A stretch of DNA of 64,000 bases from an uncultured Saprospirales bacterium (GCA_963975265.1 CAXBGT010000001.1:13130-77129); one strand, 5' to 3'; shown: positions 17,986 to 29,300, counted from the first letter of the stretch. Numbers and translations: made by a program. Notes: generated by a model from the letters alone, not told the origin.

Positions 17986-19518
17986 CTAGATGTTAAACCT
18001 TAGTCCTAGATTATATGTAGCTGCCTGTCCACCAGTATCCGATAGAAACTCATTGGTAAACTTTGTATACAACAACTCCAATTCTAGTTTTGGGGTGAAT
18101 TGGTATTTGGCGCCTAATCCAGCTTGGGCGAAATAGTCAAAATCAGCTGCCCAGTAGGGAGAAAAGCTTCCTAAAGTATAGATTGTCGTTTTCGAATTAG
18201 GGTTGTAACTCACTATTAGTGTCGCCGGCGTAGAAAATCTATTAACGTGTCCGTTATCAAAACTACCTATGTCTTCCAGTAAAACATCTATCTCAGTAAA
18301 GAGAGAAAAATTAGTACCAATCGGAATGTCATTGAAAATTTGGGTGTTCCATGTAGCACCACTCCAGTCAATATATGGCTGTGTTTCACTTCCTGCCAGA
18401 TCGCTTCCTATTGGAAATACAAAAGAGGACTGGATAGAGAAGTTTTCCCAAGACGGTAAAGGAGCATATCTTATTTGCGGTCCAAAAGCTGTTATTCCTG
18501 ATCTAGAGCTCCCTATTTTATCAGAACCAAAAACAGCAAATGCGGACGATGGAAGAGATTGATTTCTGACTTTTCTGAATCTTGTGGCAAATCCTATATT
18601 AAATTGATTATTCAAACCATACAGCACATTAACAGAAGTAGTAAAAAAAGAAGAACGATCGCTAAGGTTGCCATTATTTCCTGTTTTCTGAGAATATAGA
18701 TTGTTAAAAATCTTTACCTCGGTTGACCCTTTTCTGATCGTAGATGATACCACATATCTACTAGCATTGGCGGCTTTTATTCCGTCGATATTAGCTTTTT
18801 TTCTCGCTGTATCGTTTAATGCCCAATCATATTGATAGTAACTAACATTAGCTGACTTGCTGATTAATGTACTTCTGTATTTATTGATAATTTCTAGTAC
18901 ACTATTTTTATTGCCTCCGAAATCATCAACATACCATTTGAATATTTGAGATAACTCGGCTTTGTTACCGTTTACTCTTATGAATGACGGATTATTCATA
19001 GCAATCTTTGTTTGCTTTTCTAACTGAGCATCTAGACGATCAGGAGTGTAGGCGAAATCAGTTATTGGTGGACAGTCCATAGCACCACAAACCAATACAA
19101 AATGAAATCTAGCATCCCCATATGGTTTTAGTAAATTGTCTTTCTCTAATCTATTAAGCGTTATCTTTTGCCCCGCAACTTTTATTTTTTTACCATCAAA
19201 AAATCCCGCTATATCCATCGGTGATCCTGTAGGGTAAGATTTACCTACTAGGTTAATAACATTAAGATTGTATGCATTAATAAAGAATGCCTTTTTTGTA
19301 TTGTCTGATGCTTCCGAAAGGTCAGCATTTTCTATTTTTAGTATCAAAGCAGCTAACGACAAATCCGACGCAGCTTGACCATAATCTACGAGACCATTTG
19401 AAACCGATTTCTCTAAAAAATTATTTACTTCATTGAAAAAGGAATTGTCAATTTTCTGAGCTAGAGACATCCCAATAAATATGAATGTAAATAACATTAT
19501 ACTGAAGAGACTTTTCAT
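17986..19518 (-). CDS. DUF547 domain protein with a C-terminal beta-rich, outer-membrane-like half
   Basis: Has a signal peptide. DUF547-like motifs are FFINAYNLNVINLV and RFHFVLVCGAMDCPPI. The last ~250 aa show alternating-hydrophobicity strands. Confidence 0.75.
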   Translation of the reverse strand: MKSLFSIMLFTFIFIGMSLAQKIDNSFFNEVNNFLEKSVSNGLVDYGQAASDLSLAALILKIENADLSEASDNTKKAFFINAYNLNVINLVGKSYPTGSPMDIAGFFDGKKIKVAGQKITLNRLEKDNLLKPYGDARFHFVLVCGAMDCPPITDFAYTPDRLDAQLEKQTKIAMNNPSFIRVNGNKAELSQIFKWYVDDFGGNKNSVLEIINKYRSTLISKSANVSYYQYDWALNDTARKKANIDGIKAANASRYVVSSTIRKGSTEVKIFNNLYSQKTGNNGNLSDRSSFFTTSVNVLYGLNNQFNIGFATRFRKVRNQSLPSSAFAVFGSDKIGSSRSGITAFGPQIRYAPLPSWENFSIQSSFVFPIGSDLAGSETQPYIDWSGATWNTQIFNDIPIGTNFSLFTEIDVLLEDIGSFDNGHVNRFSTPATLIVSYNPNSKTTIYTLGSFSPYWAADFDYFAQAGLGAKYQFTPKLELELLYTKFTNEFLSDTGGQAATYNLGLRFNI

Positions 19519-19851
19519 ATTTCATTTCATTTTTGAAAATTGTCTAATGCCCGCTAGAGCGGAGATTCATTTTATCCCAAATTTAATAATAGGTTTTGCT
19601 GATTCAAAGGTAATTGATTGCAATCGATACTCCCCTGTACTGTATATGAGTTAATATGGTTGCTTTATTAGGATATGAATGTAAATTAGAATAAAAACTG
19701 AACTAACACCAAACAACTTAAAAAGCACTGAGGCGACATTTCAATATCTCAAATACTATGCTAAACCTGAATATCATGTGATGTTTCACAATTAGATTAG
19801 GCAAAATTGAATTAGGCTTGCCTTTCAGAGAGAACTTTACATTATTGCCTG

Positions 19852-20826
19852 TCACTTTTTCCTTTCCGCAACATACTTGATCAACGAACGAATGGATTCT
19901 CGTGCTTCATTTTCAGGAAAGGTGTCCAAAAGATCAAATGCTTCTTGCTGGTACTTGTTCATTATATCATTTGTATACTGAAGACCTCCGCTATTTTTGA
20001 CAAACACTATTACTTCTTTTACTTTCTTAGGATTGGTACTGTCCTTTTTTATGATATTGATGATCCGCTTTTTCTCTTTAGAGTTGGCTTTTTGAAGGGC
20101 ATATATGAGTGGTAAGGTCATCTTTTTCTCCTTGATGTCTATTCCCTTTGGTTTACCTATGTCAGCATCTCCATAATCAAATAAATCATCTTTGATCTGG
20201 AAAGCCATACCGATCTTCTCTCCAAGCAATCGTCCTTTCTCGATCATCGCTTCGTCCTTATCTACCGAAGCGACTCCGAGGCTACATGCCGATGCCAAAA
20301 GGCTGGCCGTTTTATCTCGGATGATCGTATAGTACAAATCTTCATCGATGTCTAGCTTTCGTGCTTTTTCTAGTTGAAGAAGTTCTCCTTCACTCATCTT
20401 CTTTACTGCATGAGATAATATATGCAGGTGTTGGTATTCTTTATTGTCAATAGCGAGAAGGAATCCTCTTCCGAAGAGAAAATCTCCTACCAAAACAGCA
20501 ATTTTGTTTTTCCAAAGTGCATTAATAGAGAAGAAACCTCGACGCTCCATAGAATCATCTACTACATCATCATGAACTAGAGTAGCTGTGTGTAATATCT
20601 CAGTAAGTGATGCAGCATTGTAGGTACTTGGATTGATTTCTCCGCACATTTTTGCCATTAGAAATACAAACATAGGTCGCATTTGTTTGCCTTTCCGCTG
20701 TACTATATAGTAAGTGATCTTATCCAACAGAGCGACATTACTCTTCATGGACTCTTTGAAATGTTTCTCAAATTGTTTCAGCTCACTGCTGATCGGTGCC
20801 TTTATTTTATTAAGCGTTGTAGACAT
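19852..20826 (-). CDS. Polyprenyl diphosphate synthase (IspB-like, long-chain trans-prenyltransferase)
   Basis: Two aspartate-rich motifs, LVHDDVVDDS and FQIKDDLFD. 324 aa. Confidence 0.9.
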   Translation of the reverse strand: MSTTLNKIKAPISSELKQFEKHFKESMKSNVALLDKITYYIVQRKGKQMRPMFVFLMAKMCGEINPSTYNAASLTEILHTATLVHDDVVDDSMERRGFFSINALWKNKIAVLVGDFLFGRGFLLAIDNKEYQHLHILSHAVKKMSEGELLQLEKARKLDIDEDLYYTIIRDKTASLLASACSLGVASVDKDEAMIEKGRLLGEKIGMAFQIKDDLFDYGDADIGKPKGIDIKEKKMTLPLIYALQKANSKEKKRIINIIKKDSTNPKKVKEVIVFVKNSGGLQYTNDIMNKYQQEAFDLLDTFPENEARESIRSLIKYVAERKK

Positions 20827-21284
20827 AAATGTGTCTTAGTAAAAGACAAACGATTTTTGATTAGGTGCGCCAATATACGACTATACCATAACTACAAATG
20901 GTATGCGAGATTGTTTTGAGAAATTTTGTTGAAAATGAGTCTTGAAAAAGAAAAGTTGCACAAGTAACCATAGTAATAAAAAAGAGACAACTTTGCTGAT
21001 TACGTTCACTCACTAATCCATATTGTGCGTATAAACCTAATTTCAGCACGTTCACTCATTTTTTCAATTTGATTAGACTTATCTGCGTAATCTTGATTAG
21101 TAATCGTAATGAAACATCCAATAGTTTCAATAATACACTAACCCATGAATTAGCAAAATAACCTAGCAACATATTCTGAAGTAAATAGAAAAGAATTAGC
21201 ATCCCTTAAATGGGGAGACATCAAAATCGATTTTTCAGTGGCTTTTTGCTTTGAAGTCGTTGAATAGAAAGGCTTAAAAACGTC

Positions 21285-21328
21285 TGGATAGAAATGGATA
21301 AAGCGCGCAACGCACTAGATCCATATTT
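21285..21328 (+). repeat. Composite element copy 1: TGGATA-N4-AAATGGATAAAG-(loop)-ATCCATATTT
   Basis: Read directly from the sequence. The 11-mer AAATGGATAAA is at 21292-21302, a TGGATA half-copy is 10 bp upstream, and an inverted ATCCAT is at 21319-21324. It lies ~380 bp upstream of the M36 protease ATG. Confidence 0.55.
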
Positions 21329-21704
21329 AAGTTATAACAATTTCACAATTGTCTTAATTAAACTCGATCATATTGTGGGTAGTTATATGATAACGACCAA
21401 TCGAAATCGATAAACTGGTACTGTAGTGTTGTAATAAATTAGATACCATTTAATCACTAATGATAACCTGCCTCACAAATAAGATATCTCATGTCACTCA
21501 TTATCAAGTAGATAAACAACTATTTTTATAATATATTATGCTTATCAAAAGTTGTTTTTATCGTATTCTTCGTAGATTTCGCTTTTATTTCCAATCACAA
21601 ACCCCCGAGTGATACTTTTTGTTATGCACCTGATTATTTTAATTAATACATCGGGCATCTAGATTATTCTAAATTTTAAGCTTTAACATAAAATTCAAAT
21701 TGTT

Positions 21705-24700
21705 ATGAAAACATTAGTTTCTACACTAGTTTTTATGCTATGCCTTACTGTATCATTCGGGCAACAATCAACCACTGCTAAGCAAGCGGTTGATCATTAT
21801 CTAATTTCTAAAGGAGATGTACATCTTGAATACGAAATAATTTCTGATAATTATAATAAGAGTTCTGGGCTATGGAAAGTACAAGCTCTCCAGTTAATAA
21901 ATGGCATAAAATACAACGAAGGCATCCTTCTTATTACCAAAGGTCTTTATGACAATGTTCATATAATTGACGATTTTGTCCGTGAAACACCTACAAGTTC
22001 CTCTTCTAGTATTTCTGCCGAAACCGTAGTTGAAAAAACGCTGGAGTTTCATGGTGTTCCATTAAATACTAAATTAGAAAGCAACTTCAGGTCTTCTGAT
22101 AAGAGTAAAGAAGTTCAGTTTGAAAAATTAGCTGCTACTTCTTCTGACATCAATGCACGATTGCTGTATGTCAATGACGATAAGAGTGGAGGTGTTATAT
22201 TAACTTGGCAGACAAGATTTCATACATTAGATCAGCAAAATTTTTGGGTGACTTATCTCGATGCTTCAAGTGGGCAGGTTATCAAAAGTGAAGATTTAGT
22301 CGTCCATTGTGACTTTGGAGGCGGATTGGTTTATGATGCTTCAGAGGAAGAGCAAAAAGTTATCGATGCAGAGCACCGACAGTTTCATATAGAGCATGCT
22401 ATTCCCCAAAACATACTTAAACGAGAAGATCACGAGCATACACAGAAGTGTGCGCATGAGGCAGCGGCAATGATGGCTACCACAAACAGCTATTTGGTGT
22501 TGGACATGCCAGCTGAAGCACCAAATGATACGCTCGGAACAGTTTACAAGCAGGACACTGTTGTTACTGCTGGAAATGCCATTGCATCACCATTTGGTTG
22601 GACAAGTACTGACAATGCAACTCAAAATACACACACCAAAGGAAATAATGTTTGGGCCTTCCATGATCCATCTGTAGGACCATTAGGAGGAGCTCCTAAT
22701 CCTGCTACTGGTGCTCAGAGTACTGGTGACATAGATCCTGTCACAATGGATCAAGAATTCATATACCCATGGGACTTAACTAAAGAACCAGAATATTCAA
22801 CTGTAGATCCAAACAATCAATTTCCTAATAGAAATGCTGCGATTGTAAATCTTTTTTATTGGAATAATATTATCCATGATGTTTTTTACCATTTCGGATT
22901 TACTGAAGAAGGAAGAAATTTCCAATTTGATAATATGATGAAAGGGGGCGTAGGAAATGATGAAGTACTAGCTCAAGCTCAAGATGGGGGTGGTACTAAT
23001 AATGCTAACTTTCTAACCTTAGCGCATGGTGCAAATGGACAAATGCAAATGTACCTTTGGACATCTTCAATATTGGACTCTATAGTACAAATAACATCTG
23101 TGAGTATGCCGACAACTGTCAAGGGAGGAGAAAAATATGCTTCAATTCAAAGTGCTTTGTACAGCTCAGCAACTCCTATTGATCTTAATGCAAATCCTGT
23201 TATTGACAAAGAATACATCCTAGTAAATGATAACTGTGGTAGTCCAGAAGGTTGTGGAGCTGGTGCGGGAGTTGGTACGGCACCTTGTAATATTGTAACC
23301 GATAAGATAGTGTTGATAGACAGAGGTAGCTGTTCATTTGTAGAAAAAGTCCACGGAGCTCAGCTCGGAGGAGCTGCTGGGGCCATTGTTATGAATAATG
23401 ATGTATCGAACCCAGATGCAATATTAGCGATGGGAGGTAGTGATGCTACAGTAAATACCATTACAATTCCATCAGTAATGGTTTCGTATAATACAGGTCT
23501 ATTGCTAAAAGCAGCAATTGCAGCTGGCGCAAAAATAGTCGGGTCTCTTATCCTCGTAAATCCACCAACTCCCAAAAGAGACGGTGACTTTGACAATGGG
23601 ATTATAGCTCACGAATATGGTCATGGCATCACAACTAGAACCTCCCTTCAAACTGGAACAGGTGGATCATTAAGTGGTAGCGAACAAGGTGGAGAAGGTT
23701 GGGCCGATTATATAGCCCTATATCTTACGACCACCGTAAGTGATTTAGAAACAGGGATTGCGGAACACCCAAACGGTAAATTGCCCGCGCGCGGAATTGG
23801 TACCTATGTTCAATACGACGATATTACAGGAGCAGGTATCAGACCAAGAAAATATAGTGTGGACGAATCTATCAATGAATACACCTTTACAGGAGATACA
23901 AATGGTGGTTTTGGGATAACGAACACCGCTGAAATTACTATTCCCCATGGCGTAGGTTTTGTTTGGTGTACAATGTTGTATGAAATAACTCAGCAATTAG
24001 TTGATGAATATGGTTTCAATAACGACAAGTATTACTATCCTCCGACAACAGAGGATAGCATCGCAGATATCACTGATATCTATGCAAACAACGGTGGAAT
24101 GAATTTAGCGTTAAAATTAATCTTAGAGGGAATAGCCAACCAGAATGCTTCTCCATCATTCACAGATATGAGAGATGGTATCCTAATAGCAGATAGTTTG
24201 CTATATAATGGAGCTCACTCATGCATGTTATGGGAGGCTTTTGCAAAAAGAGGATTAGGTGCAAATGCAGTCAATGGTTCTAATAAACATGGTGATGAAA
24301 AAGATGGATATGCTACACCATGTGATTCTACGCAAGTGTTTTTCGATATTAATAAAACTGCAGTAAGCCAAGCGACCAATAAAAGTGTGATCACATATAC
24401 TATCGAAGTTTCTAATACCACCATTGGAAACACAACAGCATATGATGTGGAAGTAATAGACATTATCTCGCCCAACGCTACATTTATCGACGCTAGTGGT
24501 GCTCCTTATGTACTGTCAAATGATAGTATCATCTATACCATTGACAGTATAGTCCCAAATGGATCAGCATCATTATCTCTTGAATTATTTATTAATTTAG
24601 GTGAATCAACTACTATATTAGAAACCTATGATTTTGAAAGCGGAGAGCAGGGTTGGATGCCCATCTCTGGTGGCTCTAACGCATTCCAGTATATAGATAA

Positions 24701-25649
24701 TGATGCAGCCCATTCGCATTCTGGAGATGCTCATTTCTTTACTCCAAATATGGGGAATGGGGGCCCCAATACAACTTTGACAAGTCCTACTCTCGATACA
24801 TCTATTGTTGGCAAACAACTTAGATTTTGGCATAAATTTGACACAGATGCTGGATATGACGGCGGCTTTTTAGAAACTACTACTGATTTAGCAACGTGGA
24901 CCAAATTGCCTGTTCAGCTTAACGGTTATAATGGGGCTTTGAGTTCTACCTATAATCCGGCTAATGCTGGAACAGCTTTCACTGGAAATGTTACAGACTA
25001 TATAGAATCCACCGCGAACCTTCCTGATGATGCCAACCAAGTAAGGTTTGTGTTTTCAGAAGACATTCTTGATGGCGCAGAAGGCTGGTGGATAGATGAC
25101 ATCTTGATTGTAAGTTCTGCAAAGGAAGTAACAAATACTGCATATGTCATGGATCCGGTAAATAGCGGAAGTAGAGTTCATAGTGATGATGCCGTAACCC
25201 TTATAGTTACTGAGGCTCCTGACAATCCGTGCCGTGTCGTTAATGTTTTAGATGATAAAGGAGTAGGTTCATTGCCTTTTGCAATCGGTTGTGCAACTGA
25301 AGGGGATACTATTTGGTTTGATATAGCTATACAAGGGGATACAATTATTCTACAAGAAAATCAAGCACTTGTTAACAAGAGTTTGACAATAGATAGTGAG
25401 GTCGCAGATAATATCACAGTCAAAGGAACTACAGTTGGAGAAACCTTTAAGATAATTGCAGGAAAAGATGTTGTAATTAGAGGAATAAAGATTATCGGAG
25501 GAAATGGTCTAGAAGGTAATGCTATCCATAATTCTGGAAACCTTATCTTAGAAAATGTATCAGTGATAGAGGAGAATGGATCGTCTATCTACATTGTTAC
25601 AGGAGGAAACATAACCATCAAAAACGCAACAACCGTCACAAAAGAATAA
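21705..25649 (+). CDS. Secreted multidomain M36 (fungalysin-like) metalloprotease
   Basis: Has a signal peptide. HEXXH is IIAHEYGHGITTRT, followed by GGEGWADY as in M36. A PA-domain-like insert (IVLIDRGSCSFVEKVHGAQLGGAAGAIVMNN) is present. DUF11-like repeat: VITYTIEVSNTTIGNTTAYDVEVIDIISPNATF. MAM-like segment: YDFESGEQGWMPISGG. The tail is beta-helix-like. Confidence 0.9.
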   Translation: MKTLVSTLVFMLCLTVSFGQQSTTAKQAVDHYLISKGDVHLEYEIISDNYNKSSGLWKVQALQLINGIKYNEGILLITKGLYDNVHIIDDFVRETPTSSSSSISAETVVEKTLEFHGVPLNTKLESNFRSSDKSKEVQFEKLAATSSDINARLLYVNDDKSGGVILTWQTRFHTLDQQNFWVTYLDASSGQVIKSEDLVVHCDFGGGLVYDASEEEQKVIDAEHRQFHIEHAIPQNILKREDHEHTQKCAHEAAAMMATTNSYLVLDMPAEAPNDTLGTVYKQDTVVTAGNAIASPFGWTSTDNATQNTHTKGNNVWAFHDPSVGPLGGAPNPATGAQSTGDIDPVTMDQEFIYPWDLTKEPEYSTVDPNNQFPNRNAAIVNLFYWNNIIHDVFYHFGFTEEGRNFQFDNMMKGGVGNDEVLAQAQDGGGTNNANFLTLAHGANGQMQMYLWTSSILDSIVQITSVSMPTTVKGGEKYASIQSALYSSATPIDLNANPVIDKEYILVNDNCGSPEGCGAGAGVGTAPCNIVTDKIVLIDRGSCSFVEKVHGAQLGGAAGAIVMNNDVSNPDAILAMGGSDATVNTITIPSVMVSYNTGLLLKAAIAAGAKIVGSLILVNPPTPKRDGDFDNGIIAHEYGHGITTRTSLQTGTGGSLSGSEQGGEGWADYIALYLTTTVSDLETGIAEHPNGKLPARGIGTYVQYDDITGAGIRPRKYSVDESINEYTFTGDTNGGFGITNTAEITIPHGVGFVWCTMLYEITQQLVDEYGFNNDKYYYPPTTEDSIADITDIYANNGGMNLALKLILEGIANQNASPSFTDMRDGILIADSLLYNGAHSCMLWEAFAKRGLGANAVNGSNKHGDEKDGYATPCDSTQVFFDINKTAVSQATNKSVITYTIEVSNTTIGNTTAYDVEVIDIISPNATFIDASGAPYVLSNDSIIYTIDSIVPNGSASLSLELFINLGESTTILETYDFESGEQGWMPISGGSNAFQYIDNDAAHSHSGDAHFFTPNMGNGGPNTTLTSPTLDTSIVGKQLRFWHKFDTDAGYDGGFLETTTDLATWTKLPVQLNGYNGALSSTYNPANAGTAFTGNVTDYIESTANLPDDANQVRFVFSEDILDGAEGWWIDDILIVSSAKEVTNTAYVMDPVNSGSRVHSDDAVTLIVTEAPDNPCRVVNVLDDKGVGSLPFAIGCATEGDTIWFDIAIQGDTIILQENQALVNKSLTIDSEVADNITVKGTTVGETFKIIAGKDVVIRGIKIIGGNGLEGNAIHNSGNLILENVSVIEENGSSIYIVTGGNITIKNATTVTKE

Positions 25650-25660
25650 GGCATAAATAC

Positions 25661-25705
25661 AATCGGAATAAACATTTTCAAACTTCATTCCGATTCATTT
25701 TATTA
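25661..25705 (+). terminator. Rho-independent terminator after the M36 protease gene
   Basis: 9-bp stem AATCGGAAT (25661-25669) / ATTCCGATT (25687-25695), followed by CATTTTATT. Confidence 0.55.
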
Positions 25706-25747
25706 ATACGATTTTAGATTAATTTATCATTTACCAAACAAGGAACA

Positions 25748-26176
25748 ATGTTAAAACAAAATATTAGATCAAAAATCACAAAAGTGTTCAAACTCAATTT
25801 AATAGATAATCAGATAGAGAATGCTAATATTTTAAATACTGTCAAAAGAAGACTATTAATCAATGTTGCCGAAGGTAGCCGAGTTATAGATTTTGACGAT
25901 ATATTAAGATGTGAATCCATGAGTAACTATACTAATATAATACTCAAATCTGGAAAGCCAGTAATCGTCAGTAAGACCCTTAAACAAATTGAAAATGCAT
26001 TGCCAAGTTCATTGTTTTTGAGATGCCATAATTCTCATTTGATCAATAGGAATGAAGTTATTCTTATTACAAAAGGCCAGATTCAGTTAACTAATCTTGA
26101 TATCATTCCAATTTCGAGACAAAAAATAAAAGAAGTGACCAATATCTTAAAGAGAATGGCTGTTTCTATTCTGTGA
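25748..26176 (+). CDS. Stand-alone LytTR DNA-binding domain protein (no receiver domain)
   Basis: 142 aa. DILRCESMSNYTNIILKSGKPVIVSKTLKQIENALPSSLFLRCHNSHLINRNEV matches the LytTR domain pattern. Confidence 0.85.
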   Translation: MLKQNIRSKITKVFKLNLIDNQIENANILNTVKRRLLINVAEGSRVIDFDDILRCESMSNYTNIILKSGKPVIVSKTLKQIENALPSSLFLRCHNSHLINRNEVILITKGQIQLTNLDIIPISRQKIKEVTNILKRMAVSIL

Positions 26177-26236
26177 TGGATTTGTGGTTGTAAAAAATAG
26201 TGATGGTCTACAGAATCTTTTAAGTTGTAGGTCAAC

Positions 26237-26294
26237 AAATGGATAAACTAGGTTAAAAATGGATAAAGTATCTTAATGTACTTTATCCATTTTT
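26237..26294 (+). repeat. Composite element copy 2: AAATGGATAAA (26237) - AAATGGATAAAG (26257) - inverted TTTATCCATTT (26283)
   Basis: Read directly from the sequence. The direct copies are 20 bp apart. The second direct copy and the inverted copy form the 16-bp stem listed as a terminator. Confidence 0.6.
26255..26294 (+). terminator. Hairpin/terminator after the LytTR gene
   Basis: Perfect 16-bp stem AAAAATGGATAAAGTA (26255-26270) / TACTTTATCCATTTTT (26279-26294) with an 8-nt loop. The 3' arm ends in a T-run. Confidence 0.6.
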
Positions 26295-26391
26295 AGTTTA
26301 CACTATAATCCACATAAAAAGACCTTTTATATTAAAAAAATCGTTAGTTCTACAATCAAAAGTTTGATTTTTCTATTTTGTAGATTGATTC

Positions 26392-29300
26392 ATGTTATCA
26401 ATCAAAGTATTTATGATATTTCGTTCGATTTTATTATTGCTTTTTCTATCCGTCACAGCTTCTGTAGTCGGTCAAAGTATCAATACAGAGTTTGGTAAAA
26501 ATCGAGTTCAACATCATGATGACTTCAATAATTGGAATCGATATGAAACAGATAACTTTATTACGTATTGGTATGGTAAGGGAAGAAATATTGCTGAACC
26601 AGTGATCCAAATAGCTGAACTTAATCATGACGAGATTCAAAATATACTTGAGCACAGAATCAATGACAAGATTGAAATTATAGTGTATACAGATATTACG
26701 GATCTGAAACAAAGTAACATTGGTTCAGAGGACTTATTCTCATCAAAGGCAGGAACGACGACTATTGTAGGAAATAAAATGTTTGTCTATTTTGATGGTA
26801 ATCATAATAACCTAAAGACTCAGATCAGAGAAGGAATTGCATCAGTCTATCTCAGCGCTATGCTTTTTGGTGATAATTTCCAAGAAATAGTGCAAAATGC
26901 CGTACTCCTAGATCTTCCAGAATGGTATAAGGAAGGTATTATTTCATATTGTGGTGTATACTGGGACCATCTCCGAGATGATGAGTTAAGAGACATTCTA
27001 TACAAAAACGAAAAATATAAAGACTTCAAAAAATTAGCAGAAGATTATCCAAGAATTGCAGGTCATTCTATGTGGTTTTATCTTGATCAGAATTATGGAA
27101 AATCTAGTATTTCGAACCTACTCTATCTTACACGAATAACCAGAAACTTAAACAATGCACTGCTCTACGTATTCAGCAATGATATAAGTGCCATATCAGA
27201 AGAGTGGGCCAATTACTACGAACAACACTTTGATAAGGAAATAGATAAATTCACGGTAAATGATGAAGATTACAAATTAGATCTCAAAAACAGAGACTAT
27301 GTCCCTGTAAGTAATTTTAAGTTATCTAGTGATGGTCAAAATCTTGCATATGCTTACAATGAAATAGGAAAATACAAAGTAAGGATCAAGGATCTAAAAA
27401 CAGGAGAAGAGAAAACAATTTTCAAATATGGTCACAAGAACGCCATACAAGCAACCGATTACGATTACCCACTTATAGCTTGGCATCCTAGTGGAAGAGA
27501 GCTCTCAATTATATACGAACATAAAGACGTGCTAAATCTGAGAAAGTATAATCTTGTCCTGGATGAATATATAGAGCAACTACTTCCTCCAGATATCCAA
27601 AGGGTCTTTTCTGTAAGCTATCTCAATGATCTGGAATATGTCTTATCTGCCAATACTAATGGATATTCCGATCTATACCACTACAACTCAAAAAATCGAC
27701 AATACAAAGCGATAACAAATGACTTTTATGACGATTTAGATGCAGAAGTTGTAGAATTAGATGGCAAAGAAGGAATATTGTTCAGTTCCAATCGAAAACG
27801 GGATCATATCTTTACATTGAAATACGATACAATATTACCTACTGGACAGTATGATTTGTTTTTTTATGATTTGGAAGCAGATGATCAAAGTTTAAAAAGA
27901 CTCACTAAGACCGATAATATAGACGAGAGATATCCCTACCAAATAAGTAGTAACAAGGTCGCATACCTAAGTTCTGAAAATGGAATTACAAATAGATATG
28001 TAGTATCAACAGTAGATCCGGGCAGCTATTACTCTGTATCCAACAAGGGGCGTAATATAATCCGCCATCATACAATTCCTGGAAGTGAAATGCATGCATA
28101 CACTTATTATAAAAACGGATCCTATGATGTCTATATAGAAAACGTAGATTGGGACGAACCATTAATCACTTATAATACTCGATACAATAACCGAGAATAC
28201 ACGGAAGATATAAACGCAGACAAAACCGATGAAGTTTTCATTCCCTATGCTCCTGAAAACCTTGAAGAAGAAATGCAAGATGGTTTTTTATTTCAATCAA
28301 AATATAAAGATCCAGAAAAGCTTGAGCCCATCACAAAAAGGGGAGAAGTTCGAAATAATAATAAATCTATATTTAGCTCTATTATCGTAGACGAAAAAGA
28401 AAGCGAAGGAGAAGAACTTACCGAATTTGTCTATTCTAGGGTCACAGCTTCTCAACTAAAATTCAGGTTGGACAACTTCACTACTAAGCTTGACAATGAA
28501 GTACTATTTGAAGGATTAGAGAGTTTTACTGGGAATAGTGACGAATTATTGAACAACCCTATGGGCTTTTTACTGAAAGGTACCATGAAAGACATCTTTG
28601 AGGATTATATTCTAGAAGCTGGAGCTAGATATCCGCTTTCATTCAATGGGTCGGAATACTTCTTGACATTCGATAATAGAAAAAAACTCATCGATAAGAG
28701 ATTCGCACTTTATAGAAAATCACAGACAGAAACGATTGACGATACATCATTTCCAATATTAAAAGCAAAAAAGGTGTCTACCTTGGGAATGTACCAACTT
28801 AAATATCCTTTCACTATTTATAGAAGTTTCAGAGCCACATCTTCGTTAAGGTTTGATAACTTCTATTCTCAAAGTGTGAACGAAGAATCCTTTGGTAACC
28901 CTGTAGCAAGTGAAAAAAGATTAAGCTTAAAGCTCGAATATATATATGACAACACAATTGACTTTGCACTGAACATCAAGCATGGTACACGATATAAGGT
29001 CTACGCAGAAGCAATAAACGAGTTTAATATTGATGTAGTTGATGGTTTTGATTTTGAACTATCGAAAGGCTTCACCAACATTATCGGTTTTGATGCCAGA
29101 CATTATATTCCACTATTTAGATATTCAGTTTTGGCATTTAGAGCCGCGGGAGCTACTTCTTTAGGCAGCAAAAAAAATCTTTACTATTTGGGAGGTATTA
29201 ACAACTCTTTCTCCAATGGTTTCGAGCAAAATATTGGTATACCAGCAGGAGATTTTGCCTATAAAACAAATGTGTTTCACTTAAGAGGATTCAACTCTAA

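Noticed and set aside
25400-25649. Type IX secretion C-terminal sorting domain at the end of the M36 protease.
   Set aside because: I could not recognise the usual CTD pattern in the last ~80 residues. I leave it as an open question in the findings rather than annotating it.
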